Shown: positions 20,301 through 26,984 of the stretch, one piece after another
Layout of the letters: the number at the start of each line of letters is the position of its first letter
Position numbering within the stretch: the first letter of the stretch is position 1
IMG/VR virus record: IMGVR_UViG_3300010362_000084
Span: 1 to 28,210 of that record
Direction: 5' to 3' (one strand)
DNA length: 28,210 nt
Source of the DNA: a virus
Taxonomy: Duplodnaviria; Caudoviricetes
Translations under genes and position numbers: made by a program
The notes under the pieces: model-generated
Database searches by the model: none
Told to the model about the DNA's origin: nothing
The model's input: only the letters and a program-made list of their open reading frames with translations

Positions 20301-20944
20301 CGAACGGCTTCGTTCGGGAACGTCGGTGTTTGATCGGTGAAATCGGGAGTGACAAGCCGAGAGCCACCCGCTGACTGTCCCGTGCGAATGAGCACGTCGC
20401 CGTTGTTCGAGCCAGACGCTGTTGTAATTTCCCAGGCAACGGCGAAGAACAGGTATTCGCCGCTCAGCGTGATCGTCGTGCCCGGTGACCACGTAAGCGT
20501 CGTCGTCTGGTCGGCCGTCGTTGAAAGTGCAGCGGCTGTCGTCGTGCCGACGACTATGGCAGATGTCAGTTTTGTCGCGCTCGATCCGTCTGCATTCGCG
20601 CTCCTGTAAACTTCCATCCGCATCCGCCCACGCTGCGACGAAGCGGTGCCTGCACGCACGGCAAATGTGAAAACCCAGTCGGTCGCGGCGAACGTCCCGA
20701 ACAAAGCCGCAGGAATCTTGAACGCATTCGACATCGGTGAAAACAGAGACGGGCGTGAGCTAGCGCTTACGAACGTGCCGGATGCCTGTTTCGTACCGGC
20801 TCTGAAATCGGCTGCGTTGGCTGCTGCAATCTTGGCGACCGTCCAGCCGTCCGTCCTGCTCGCCGCCGCCTGGTCTACGCCGTCTACGAGCGCACCACAA
20901 ACTCCGTCGTTGGTCGTGGCGACCATGAACGTCTCAACCGCCAT
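14327..20944 (-). CDS. Giant fibre/adhesin: LamG (ConA-like) domains, Thr/Ala-rich repeats and collagen
   Basis: 2205 aa. LamG motifs (FSFEMWL..HHVIV; [28 protein letters not shown]; [19 protein letters not shown]), ~20-aa T/A repeats, and GPP/GEP collagen near the C-terminus. Confidence 0.85.
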   Translation of the reverse strand: MAVETFMVATTNDGVCGALVDGVDQAAASRTDGWTVAKIAAANAADFRAGTKQASGTFVSASSRPSLFSPMSNAFKIPAALFGTFAATDWVFTFAVRAGTASSQRGRMRMEVYRSANADGSSATKLTSAIVVGTTTAAALSTTADQTTTLTWSPGTTITLSGEYLFFAVAWEITTASGSNNGDVLIRTGQSAGGSRLVTPDFTDQTPTFPNEAVRDNFQRADGPLTAPWFNQIRTGGDGFQTSINTLKTMVAASWDGISWGSTDSLDQEAYITIGSLGTAGRSCQIHLRRMRTADTGYVVNFLSASGNETIDVYRRVNGVDTQLGVSDTSRAIGSSDSIGARVVGGQIQVWHKPLSGSWSLVCIRNDASPLPNAGTPALYCNDSSWMFDNWGAPPTFANTPISLAATLTLTPDMLAQKVAQFPAAAVVDDFNRANQNPPGSNWKETTYADMAGVQVSPQAYWRCIDAAGGLYDWHSGTKIPLSPTGSVLYRQPGCNPRAPWPGYSVACPNTDGASAFYTGTGTAIDSLGDTFSFEMWLQRLSTTDTDYQYLFSKGPGAPSARLNTAGKIEFLLSFGAMMCTSTVGITDLNPHHVIVSKTGSNIKIYLDGEDVSGATTNATPNWGNSYWFFIGAGNSESKGSNFRFSDVSISNLAVTATAARSRFRGNFFQEAVSSQVFLYSLGEPSGTTARGFGVTGLSNATYVNCIQGQASAIVNDPVDGSVGFNSGGRVEIPHNQSYTNGSGDWGIEVWVNPSAACADDAMILGHGGAATNKPFVLGYGVKSGSAQRVWAGFYVAATTTWSTISDTTDLPLNQWTHLALTYVASSGLMTLYRNAVQVAQGTLTGPATIALGNPMYVGAHWSSSVVFPGLIDEIAFWNSAWGGIPSTTGINNRFSYGRGGLQVVSNQLQSIWSATLNYIRNQMWWVAPQGTTADFEVFATLATIPTTTFLKFEIQFRKTFNDATYYGVQLNTQAGNDQILVRRATGTAFLSIGATDTSQAWANGDSIGAKIKGSTITVYRKASGSSTWTQVLSRTDTNITAAGYAAISADNGFVIEDFGFLNPPASYNRQFDATTTVTPAMNKALKTSFLQAASTTLVPTAGAAAKNNRGVALTAVFTPTQTRQAFVFRTLAATTTILPAVSRKITKPLAVTSTFTATLTSFKQLFKTNAVTATFTAAMSSQKARGFSLAATVTLTPTQALLKMFKRTNAVTVTFATAVQRRIADTLAVSSTVTPGMSRLAAIFKAFNATTTVTPTMTQGRSFPRAFPVTAVFTPTMTRVAKRLQTLAVTAVLTPTQTAVKFFFRTLAATTAVTPAIQKRITKTVALATTLLPATTSLRKYFRTAAATTTLMPTEQHVKIPGGPFDPSHLTGLKIWFDASQLPLTTGQDVNPWPNLADAAKPGTMFTNPGNDIMPIVSTNQLNGKKIVRFYNNQARMRMTNTGVDKEYTLAYVAHMVPGGISSGRIVTANYPPPNHLIGFWNSFQDVGYTVNGSFYAPDARVAVTTNWKLYSADMTNNPATGRMFGDGVFISGVGPGSVGGFTSGDGFGNTLNLSGYDATTTSETCDFEIAELVLYDNKLSDVDRQQVENYLRTKWLYVAPNTPVQLDAGLTLAPALVQARKFSRTNAVTPVLTPALVRFTKEFKTIAASAVFAPTISPVAKDNRTLAVTTTISAAMTRVRFAPRLMAASLLTTSTLVRKLSAYRTLAATTTITATFSRKNGRLFAVSASLLGSMARSLRLGRTMATPATFDANMIATRKGQYVMLLDAVMAMVPAMKRGITVKMAAAASMVPAIQMRSTKLLSISITTAPSMSNQSHFSRSFDSLTYLQVALLPTRKREISFVLPLPLDPDWVFGQGNQILFRANAVFTGTLGFIRYAARKATATLFATALAPAELHEVNGFEDEEVVLMSAGSEIPALVATGSTGALITGTGEGATGPMGPPGPPGEPGPPGPEGDPGPAGATGPAGEQGEIGPEGDPGPTGPPGVVTVYEQAAAPALDIGALWIDTDEIPPVGPTGPMGPQGSPGVGGGMDFRAYPGRWQTLTPMPVASSVITTAIGNMYACRARLSVPVSQLAFTVATAAATGIIRLAVFDDSQFPYPGNLIGVSGDISAATTGQKPFAIDLPAGVYWFVCHNPGPVTVAMRGTNYGNPWHPGALAAYDLATINPCGYSLSGFNGVPTPAFWPAGQGVDGSQIVFYGLAA
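14980..15140 (-). repeat. Collagen-like Gly-X-Y coding repeat
   Basis: Translates as [52 protein letters not shown]. Confidence 0.9.
16870..17750 (-). repeat. Degenerate ~19-22-aa Thr/Ala/Val stalk repeats; a second block lies at about 15300-16140
   Basis: Recurrent [21 protein letters not shown] and AVTATFTA units, with recurring DNA such as cgtcggcgtgaaaac. Confidence 0.75.
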
Positions 20945-21233
20945 TGCTCACCTTCTGAAATTTATACGAGCAGGACGGCTTGTCAGCGATCTGGTCGGGA
21001 TGCGACGGGAAGATGTTGCAACCCTTCAGGTAGTACGGGTGCTGCCGGTCGGTGCAGTGATACGAGCCATCGTGAAAACCCAGGAGCGGACAGGCTCCTG
21101 GAATCTCAGGCTCACCCTCCTGGCCGAGGAAGGGATCGCCCCAACAACACTCGCCACACCGACAGCACTCCCCGGTGCGTATGAAAATGCCGTCGTGGTG
21201 GGAGTATGTAACTGCGGTCGGATCCTCGCTCAA
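20934..21233 (-). CDS. Cys-rich metal-binding protein (YkgJ/CxxCxxCC-like)
   Basis: CCRCGECC...CPLL.......C.....P....C..FP........C. TTG start overlaps the upstream TGA. Confidence 0.75.
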   Translation of the reverse strand: MSEDPTAVTYSHHDGIFIRTGECCRCGECCWGDPFLGQEGEPEIPGACPLLGFHDGSYHCTDRQHPYYLKGCNIFPSHPDQIADKPSCSYKFQKVSNGG

Positions 21234-21340
21234 AGAACGTCGATGCCCCAGAGGAAGATCGCAGCGAGCATGAGTGCGATGGCGGCCAGGCAGATCTCGG
21301 TGAATGAAAACTTTCCGCCCACTGGTGCCTCCTGCGTCAT
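21230..21340 (-). CDS. 36-aa single-transmembrane peptide
   Basis: ATGA overlap with the upstream stop. Sequence [36 protein letters not shown] is the 3' part of track ORF 21230..21505. Confidence 0.6.
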   Translation of the reverse strand: MTQEAPVGGKFSFTEICLAAIALMLAAIFLWGIDVL

Positions 21341-21705
21341 GACGGGTCGAGGGTGAACGTGTACGTGATCTGATCGCCGGACTGGAGCGCGACTCCGGTG
21401 TGATCGCCCTTGATCACGCACGTACCGGCCGACGACGCGGTGAAGCAGGCGGCGTTTGTAATCGTCTGCACGGAGCCGGACGTGAGCGTGCCTACGTTCT
21501 GCCACTTCGCAGCCGATGTCGCGCCCTGCTTGGTGACCGTCCCGTTTACACGAGCTTCGGCCGCCGGAGTGAAAAGATCCGTGTCGCCCTTCGCAGCCGT
21601 ACCGGCCCCGGTGCCCCAGCCGATGTAACTCGGGTTCGTCTGCACCGATTCGGTCAGCTTGTCAACGATGTACTCCTCGCCCACGTTCGTGAGTACGACA
21701 GCCAT
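21337..21705 (-). CDS. Small virion structural protein resembling the fibre/collar attachment domain
   Basis: 'LTNVG...YIGWGTG...DTDL....E.R...TITNAACF......GDQITYTFTL' resembles the N-terminal domain of P2 gpH-type tail-collar fibres. GGAGGG RBS. Confidence 0.65.
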   Translation of the reverse strand: MAVVLTNVGEEYIVDKLTESVQTNPSYIGWGTGAGTAAKGDTDLFTPAAEARVNGTVTKQGATSAAKWQNVGTLTSGSVQTITNAACFTASSAGTCVIKGDHTGVALQSGDQITYTFTLDPS

Positions 21706-22116
21706 TTACAGACCCTCCTCCCTCTTCGCCGCATCCGGATCCTCGGTGAGCAGTGAAAACGTGACCGTCTCGCCGCTCTGGAAGTTCTCGTCGCCCGTAC
21801 GCGCTTCGGCCAGCGTGACCAGGCATGTGTAATTGTGGATGTGAACCATCTCGCCTGCGCCGAACTTCGTGCCCATGTAGAACCTGTCGCGTGAAATCGC
21901 CGGGTCGGACACGTCCACGGCCAGAGCGACGATGTTGCCCTCCTCGTCCGTCTCCGCGCCGACCAGGGCGGCGTCCACGATCTCGATCACGTTCCTGACC
22001 GGCGACACCGTGAGCCTCAGGTGCTCCGTCAGCAAATTCAACTCCTTCCCGCAGCCGGGGCATGTGACCGCCGTCTGGAGATCGGAGATGTTTTCAACTG
22101 CGCTCTCGTTTGCCAT
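21706..22116 (-). CDS. Acidic Zn-finger-like hypothetical protein
   Basis: CPGC and distal HIHNYTC. AAGGAGG RBS and TAATG overlap. Confidence 0.75.
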   Translation of the reverse strand: MANESAVENISDLQTAVTCPGCGKELNLLTEHLRLTVSPVRNVIEIVDAALVGAETDEEGNIVALAVDVSDPAISRDRFYMGTKFGAGEMVHIHNYTCLVTLAEARTGDENFQSGETVTFSLLTEDPDAAKREEGL

Positions 22117-22382
22117 TAACCTTGCCTCCTTGCTTCTGCGTCGAAATCTCCTACCATCTCCTCTACGTACTTCCGGGGGGCATCATGCTTGGGGCAGTTT
22201 TCAGGATCTCCTATGGGAGGAGCCTTGCAGCCACACTCGTAGACGCCCTGGAACCTCCTGACGACGACCGTGAGGCTCGCTTTGGCCGTCATCTGGACGT
22301 TGGCGGGGTTGTTCCCCGTCTTCTGGACGCTCTGTGAGCCTCTGAGAGCCTCTCTGCGGCCCAGGAACCGCCTAGCAGCCAT
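22116..22382 (-). CDS. Hypothetical protein with CxC..CxxH motif
   Basis: YECGC...NCPKH. Its stop is coupled to the next gene. The true start is uncertain and may be the internal ATG at 22292. Confidence 0.6.
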   Translation of the reverse strand: MAARRFLGRREALRGSQSVQKTGNNPANVQMTAKASLTVVVRRFQGVYECGCKAPPIGDPENCPKHDAPRKYVEEMVGDFDAEARRQG

Positions 22383-22416
22383 CCCAGTACCCCCGGAACG
22401 GCAGAGAGGCTCTCAG
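22342..22416. repeat. Perfect 16-bp inverted repeat with a 43-nt spacer
   Basis: ctgagagcctctctgc (22342-22357) and gcagagaggctctcag (22401-22416). Confidence 0.9.
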
Positions 22417-22423
22417 GCCGTCT

Positions 22424-22448
22424 GAGGGGCATCGGGCTGGTGCCCCTC
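22424..22448 (-). terminator. GC-rich hairpin just after the major capsid stop (possible terminator or stabiliser, no U-tract)
   Basis: GAGGGGCA-N9-TGCCCCTC, about 25 nt downstream of the capsid TGA. Confidence 0.45.
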
Positions 22449-22472
22449 GTTGGCCGGTCTGCATTTTCACGC

Positions 22473-23660
22473 TCACGACGTTGGCAGCGTGACTTCCTCG
22501 ACGGAGTTCGGGATGTCGAGATAGAGGCCGCGCCGAGCACGCGCAACCTGCTGGCCCTCGATCAGCCGCGAGATGTCCGCCGGGCCGATGTCGATCCGGA
22601 GGTCGTGGTGGACAAGCTCCTTCATGCGCAGGCCCGGTGCGATGAAATAGCACTTGCCCGCCGTGACGCCGGGGTAGACGTACGACTTGATGCCGTTCGT
22701 GACCGTCGCGCCGTTGTAGTAGATGATGCCCGTGACCGGCACCCGGCGAAGCGGATTTCCGTTTGCGTCGATGACGGGCGTGAGCAGCGCGTCCTCGATC
22801 TGAAAACGGTCGGCCTCGTTCGCGAGGATCCACGTCGGCACCCGCTGAGGCAGAGCCGTGGCGGCGTGCTTGTACGCGTTCTGAAAAGTCACGAGCGTAT
22901 TCGCCTGGAGCGATCCGTTGCCGGTTGCTCCCGCCGTCTTGTTCGCGGCGGCGTACGTGTAGGCGATGATCGGGGACAGGTGGAGGTGGTTGATCAGGTA
23001 GTTGTACGCCCGGCCGAACGCCCGACTGTTCATCGAGATTTCATAGGAGCGGTCGTACTCGATCATGTCCTCCGTCCACTCGAACCCGGCCGCGTACGTC
23101 GAGATCGGCACGAACGAGGGTACTCCTGCCTTGGCCAGCGAACCGAAGATGATTTCACCGGCCTCGAACTTCTCCAGGAAGACCACGTTCGCGTCGAAAA
23201 CGACATCCCCGCCGATCTGCACGGAGCCACCGGGGAACGGCCCGTTTACACGCTCGTACAGCGGAGTGTAAAGAACCGGTACCTCGGCCAGCCCCTGGTC
23301 GATGTCGATGCGAACCTTGTCGAGCAGATCCATCGCCCCGTCGGACGTGGTGATCATCTCGCCCACGGACTGGAGCAAGTCGATGGAAACCATGTCCTCG
23401 AAGAACTGCGGCACGAGCCGCCCCTCCATCTCGGAAGCCGAGACGAGTTGGACGGACGCGATTTCACCGACGAGCCTGCCCGGCTGCCAGCGCTGGTGCG
23501 TGAGATCGGTGAAATTCCCGTCCGTCATCGGCTGACCCGCCGTCAGCGGGCCGAAGCGTCCGTCGTGCCCGATGAACATGCGCCCGCTCTTGTCGTGGCG
23601 GACGATCTTGTCCATCGTCAGCGCGTCGGGAATCAGGACACCCTGTGCTGTTTTCGTCAC
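22473..23660 (-). CDS. Major capsid protein (HK97-type fold inferred)
   Basis: 395 aa, strong AAGGAGG RBS, highly biased codons, 'YAAGFEWTEDMIEYD' motif. Follows the scaffold and decoration genes. Confidence 0.9.
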   Translation of the reverse strand: MTKTAQGVLIPDALTMDKIVRHDKSGRMFIGHDGRFGPLTAGQPMTDGNFTDLTHQRWQPGRLVGEIASVQLVSASEMEGRLVPQFFEDMVSIDLLQSVGEMITTSDGAMDLLDKVRIDIDQGLAEVPVLYTPLYERVNGPFPGGSVQIGGDVVFDANVVFLEKFEAGEIIFGSLAKAGVPSFVPISTYAAGFEWTEDMIEYDRSYEISMNSRAFGRAYNYLINHLHLSPIIAYTYAAANKTAGATGNGSLQANTLVTFQNAYKHAATALPQRVPTWILANEADRFQIEDALLTPVIDANGNPLRRVPVTGIIYYNGATVTNGIKSYVYPGVTAGKCYFIAPGLRMKELVHHDLRIDIGPADISRLIEGQQVARARRGLYLDIPNSVEEVTLPTS

Positions 23661-23675
23661 TGAATTTCCTCCTTC

Positions 23676-24047
23676 CTACGGCCCGACGTTGAGCACGCGG
23701 ACTGCGCAGTAGCCGTTCGCGTCTTTCACTTCGTCCACCTTGGCGACGGGAGCGCCGACGACGGCTGCCGCCAGGTCGGTGTCGCCCCGCTTGAAGCCCG
23801 CGCCTGATGTCCAGTAGATGTAATCCCCGACGGCCGGAGAGAGCGCGGCCGGGAGCTTGATGTACCAGACGCGATCCGGTGCGATCTCCATGTCCATCGT
23901 GCGGAGGGTGTCCGAAGCGCCGATTGTTTTCAGAGCGATCCCGTTCCAGCCGTTGATGCGGTACAGGTCGCCCTTCACGATGGCCTGAGCGGCAGGAGCG
24001 GACACACCGCCCTGGGTCGCCCGGCCGTCATGCTTCAACTGACCCAT
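23676..24047 (-). CDS. Head decoration / cement protein (DUF2190-like)
   Basis: 123 aa with 'APAAQAIVKGD.....GIAL...AVGDYIYW...VRVL'. Directly upstream of the major capsid gene. Confidence 0.75.
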   Translation of the reverse strand: MGQLKHDGRATQGGVSAPAAQAIVKGDLYRINGWNGIALKTIGASDTLRTMDMEIAPDRVWYIKLPAALSPAVGDYIYWTSGAGFKRGDTDLAAAVVGAPVAKVDEVKDANGYCAVRVLNVGP

Positions 24048-24098
24048 CTCCCAACTCCTTCCTTGCTCATCAAAGATGCATTTTCAGGTCTGGTCGTG

Positions 24099-24710
24099 CT
24101 AGGCGGCGTCGTCCGCCTGGAGCGCCGAGATGATCTCGGCCTTCGTGTTGGAAGACGTGACATCGAGGCCACGGCTCGTCGCCTCGGCCAGAAGCTCGTC
24201 CTTCGTCTGGACGCTGTAATCGACCGCCTCGCCGCCCTCTTCCGTCGCACCCTGGAGATCCGTCTCCAGGTCGGTGCGGCCGGGAGCGCCGGGGAAGTTC
24301 GTGCCGATTTCATCGGGCGAGAGATCGGCCTGGTAGCCGACGCCGTAGTTTTCATCGATCCTGGCCGGGTGGTCGTCCGGCAGGGCCGACGGGTTGAACG
24401 GGTGCTGTTCGAGCGGCAACAGCCGCCCGGCAGCGGTGATGGGATCCGGCGAGCCGTAGCCCGGAGGGCCGACGATCGCGGGTGTCATGTCCATGCTCTG
24501 CTCCTCCTCGCTCATGCCGCTGACCTTGGAAGCGGACTGAGCCGTCTCGACCAGGCCGCCCGCTTCGTCCAGGGCGTCGAAGTCGATGTGCTCGCCCGCT
24601 GCAATTGCCTCGTCCTGCGGCTGAAGCTCGAAGTCCTCCTCGACCAGGCCCGCCTCGGCCCGGCTGGTGGTCTTCTTCTTCGGCGTTGCTTCGGTTTCGC
24701 TCATTTTCAC
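24099..24710 (-). CDS. Very acidic protein with C-terminal SAP/HeH (Rho-N-like) motif
   Basis: D/E-rich, apparently disordered body. C-terminus YSVQTKDELLAEATSRGLDVTSSNTKAEIISAL. Confidence 0.75.
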   Translation of the reverse strand: MKMSETEATPKKKTTSRAEAGLVEEDFELQPQDEAIAAGEHIDFDALDEAGGLVETAQSASKVSGMSEEEQSMDMTPAIVGPPGYGSPDPITAAGRLLPLEQHPFNPSALPDDHPARIDENYGVGYQADLSPDEIGTNFPGAPGRTDLETDLQGATEEGGEAVDYSVQTKDELLAEATSRGLDVTSSNTKAEIISALQADDAA

Positions 24711-25868
24711 CTACCTTGCCGAGCGGACGCGAATCCGCGAGGTTGTCGTGCCGACTTTCAACTCGCGCTGTCCGTTGCGCGAGCGCTCCGTCGTCGGCGG
24801 CGAAGCGGGTGTCTCCTCCATCTCGGACACCTGAGCCTTGATCGAGTCGTCCCCGTCGATGAAAGTGTTGACCATCTCGGAGACGGTCTTCTCGTCGTCC
24901 GTTGAATTTCCGGTCGCCTTGAAATCGCGGAGGTCGTCCATCTCGCTGACGATCAGCCGCTTGACGAGCGAACGCGTGCCCACGTCCTTGAACTTTTTCA
25001 CGAGGACGGACTCCAGGATCGAGTCGCGGACGGTCTTGCCTGCGTCCTTGATCGACCCCAGCGCCTTGGCGAGCACGGTCACGTCGTCCACGTCGTCGGC
25101 CAGGCCGAGGATGCGACGAAATTCCGGGATCAGGGCGAGCGTCGGCTGCAACGCGGCTGCCTCACCCTCCATCTCCCCGACCTTCGTCTCCAGCGGCGTT
25201 TTCACGGCCGTCTCGATCTCCAGCACGAGGTTCGGGTTGTGCGCCCGAAGCTCGTTCTGGGTCAGAGCACCGATCTCTTCCGGCTTCAAGTCATTGCCTC
25301 CTTCCATTTCACTCGTGAGCGCGACAAGTCCGGCGTTCATCCCGGCAGAGCGCGGCCTGGCCAGGTCGATGGACTCGATGCGGAAGCTCTTGATTTTCAC
25401 TCCGTCCTCGAAGCGCTCCTGCGCCACCTTGCCGCGCCAGGAGACGTTCTTGACCAGACCGCGCGTCAGGTAGTCCCGGCCCTTCGTTCCGGGCAGGACG
25501 TACGCCTTGACGGCCAGCCTGGCTTTTTCACCCAGCGTCGTGAGCTTCGCGCCCAGCCACTGAAGCTGGATTTCAGGGAAGACGTACGGGTCGTCCTCGT
25601 CCTTGATGTGGCCCATGTAGCCGACGATCGGCTCCCCGCTGGCCGCTGTGTTCATCTCCGCTGCCACGTTCGTGAAAAGCTCCGGCCCCCAGAAGCGCTT
25701 GCTGCGACTCCAGCCGGACTCGATCACGAACGTGGCGAAGCGGGGATCGTCGTCTCCGGCGGTGACGCGGGAGAGGATTTCAGGTGCGATGGCGACGACA
25801 GCGTTCGAGTCGGTCGTCATCTCGACGGCCGTCTCGAATACCTCAGTGATCACGTCGTCCATTTTCAC
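24711..25868 (-). CDS. Prohead protease-scaffold fusion
   Basis: N-terminal beta domain (GWSRSKRFW, YMGH, VSWRG, SIDLAR...AG) like phage maturation proteases, then an acidic helical C-terminal half. Canonical position. Confidence 0.75.
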   Translation of the reverse strand: MKMDDVITEVFETAVEMTTDSNAVVAIAPEILSRVTAGDDDPRFATFVIESGWSRSKRFWGPELFTNVAAEMNTAASGEPIVGYMGHIKDEDDPYVFPEIQLQWLGAKLTTLGEKARLAVKAYVLPGTKGRDYLTRGLVKNVSWRGKVAQERFEDGVKIKSFRIESIDLARPRSAGMNAGLVALTSEMEGGNDLKPEEIGALTQNELRAHNPNLVLEIETAVKTPLETKVGEMEGEAAALQPTLALIPEFRRILGLADDVDDVTVLAKALGSIKDAGKTVRDSILESVLVKKFKDVGTRSLVKRLIVSEMDDLRDFKATGNSTDDEKTVSEMVNTFIDGDDSIKAQVSEMEETPASPPTTERSRNGQRELKVGTTTSRIRVRSAR

Positions 25869-26242
25869 CGCCTCTTCAGTGTCTTCCCGCCGGTTTTCAT
25901 CTGGTTCGTCTGCGTGATCACCTTCTGGTGCCCGGCGCTGAGCTTGCCCGGCCCCGGCGGCGGCGGCGTGCCGTCCAGGACACGGACGCTGCCCGGCCCC
26001 TTAGACGGATCGTAGCGCGGGTTCGCGTTGTTCGTGAACTGCGACTCGACCGGACTGAAATTGTTGCTCGTCGTGCTGCCGAAGACGAACGGCACGAACA
26101 GCCGACGCACGGACGCCTTCGTTTTCACCGTCCGCCGCGTGAGTTGGCTCTCGTCGTGCCAGGAGCCGCTCTTCGGGTTGGCGGTAACGCCCTTCGGCGT
26201 CTTGGGGCTGTTGACGCTCTTCGCTCTCAGGATTCTTGCCAC
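25865..26242 (-). CDS. Small basic hypothetical protein (125 aa)
   Basis: Rich in K/R/P/S/T. GGGAGG RBS. Its stop overlaps the next start (GTGA). Confidence 0.75.
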   Translation of the reverse strand: MARILRAKSVNSPKTPKGVTANPKSGSWHDESQLTRRTVKTKASVRRLFVPFVFGSTTSNNFSPVESQFTNNANPRYDPSKGPGSVRVLDGTPPPPGPGKLSAGHQKVITQTNQMKTGGKTLKRR

Positions 26243-26245
26243 GCT

Positions 26246-26461
26246 CTACCTCCCTTCGACTACTTGCGGATCTTGCCCGCCGGACTGTGAACCACCCGGT
26301 AGACGCTCTTCTTGAAAATCGTCTTGCCACTGCGCTTGTTCTTGTTGTCCGGCATTTCCAGGATCCTTGCCACTTCCGCTCCTCCTCGCTGCTCTCGCCT
26401 TCTTGCCTCTTTCGTATTTTGCTTTCTTGGATGCCTGGGGGATCTTCGGCCTCTTGCTCAC
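26246..26461 (-). CDS. Small protein with basic N-terminus (71 aa)
   Basis: MSKRPKIPQASKKAKYERGKKARAARR. GTGA coupling upstream and a 3-nt gap downstream. Confidence 0.65.
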   Translation of the reverse strand: MSKRPKIPQASKKAKYERGKKARAARRSGSGKDPGNAGQQEQAQWQDDFQEERLPGGSQSGGQDPQVVEGR

Positions 26462-26568
26462 CCGCGCAGGAACCTTCCCCAGCGCATTTTCACAGAAGGG
26501 GTCGCATACGAGGACGGGAACGTAAATTTCACTCGACCGCGACTGTCCTTGACCCGTACGCGGAACAT
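26458..26568 (-). CDS. 36-aa Arg-rich peptide (below the track cutoff)
   Basis: Manual translation MFRVRVKDSRGRVKFTFPSSYATPSVKMRWGRFLRG*. AGGA precedes the ATG and the stop overlaps the next GTG. Confidence 0.55.
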   Translation of the reverse strand: MFRVRVKDSRGRVKFTFPSSYATPSVKMRWGRFLRG

Positions 26569-26594
26569 GAGTCCTGAGATGTCCTGAAATTTCC

Positions 26595-26852
26595 TCATCT
26601 GCGCCTCCGTCTCGTCGTTCTGCGCCTAGAAGAGCGCTTCCTGCTGCGGGTGCGGCTTGATTTTCTGGAACGGCCTCGGTTCATTTTCCGAAGCGTAAGC
26701 GCGAGTCTTGCTCTGCGTCCGGTCTTGCCGCCCTTCTTGGCCATAGCCCGCAACTTCTTCTGCGGGATCTTCTGGCCCTTTTTCACTCCAGCCGTCTTGC
26801 GCAACGCTCCCTTGTTCTTGATCGCGCCTTTGATCCATCTCTTGCGTGCCAC
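26595..26852 (-). CDS. Protamine/histone-tail-like highly basic protein (85 aa)
   Basis: MARKRWIKGAIKNKGALRKTAGVKKGQKIP...RSRKRSSRRRTTRRRRR contains no acidic residue. Confidence 0.8.
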   Translation of the reverse strand: MARKRWIKGAIKNKGALRKTAGVKKGQKIPQKKLRAMAKKGGKTGRRARLALTLRKMNRGRSRKSSRTRSRKRSSRRRTTRRRRR

Positions 26853-26858
26853 TGTATT

Positions 26859-26984
26859 TCACTTCCTCTTCCGCCTCATCCTGGCGGCTGCCAGCTTCGT
26901 CGGGTTCTTACCGCCGACCTTCTTCTTCCTCACGCGGATCGACTTCCTGCGGCCGATCCGGGGAGAGTGGCTTCTTGTTTTCAC
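26859..26984 (-). CDS. 41-aa Lys/Arg-rich peptide (below the track cutoff)
   Basis: Manual translation MKTRSHSPRIGRRKSIRVRKKKVGGKNPTKLAAARMRRKRK*. The GTG overlaps the portal TGA and the ORF fills the gap almost exactly. Confidence 0.7.
   Translation of the reverse strand: MKTRSHSPRIGRRKSIRVRKKKVGGKNPTKLAAARMRRKRK

Noticed and set aside
22372-22470. Short ORF (MQTGQRGAPARC...) or capsid C-terminal extension by frameshift or readthrough
   Set aside because: There is no RBS or slippery site, and the region is better explained by the two hairpins.
26572-26587. Short direct repeat gtcctga x2
   Set aside because: Too short to be significant, and the copy nearer the ATG supplies the AGGA RBS for the 36-aa ORF.
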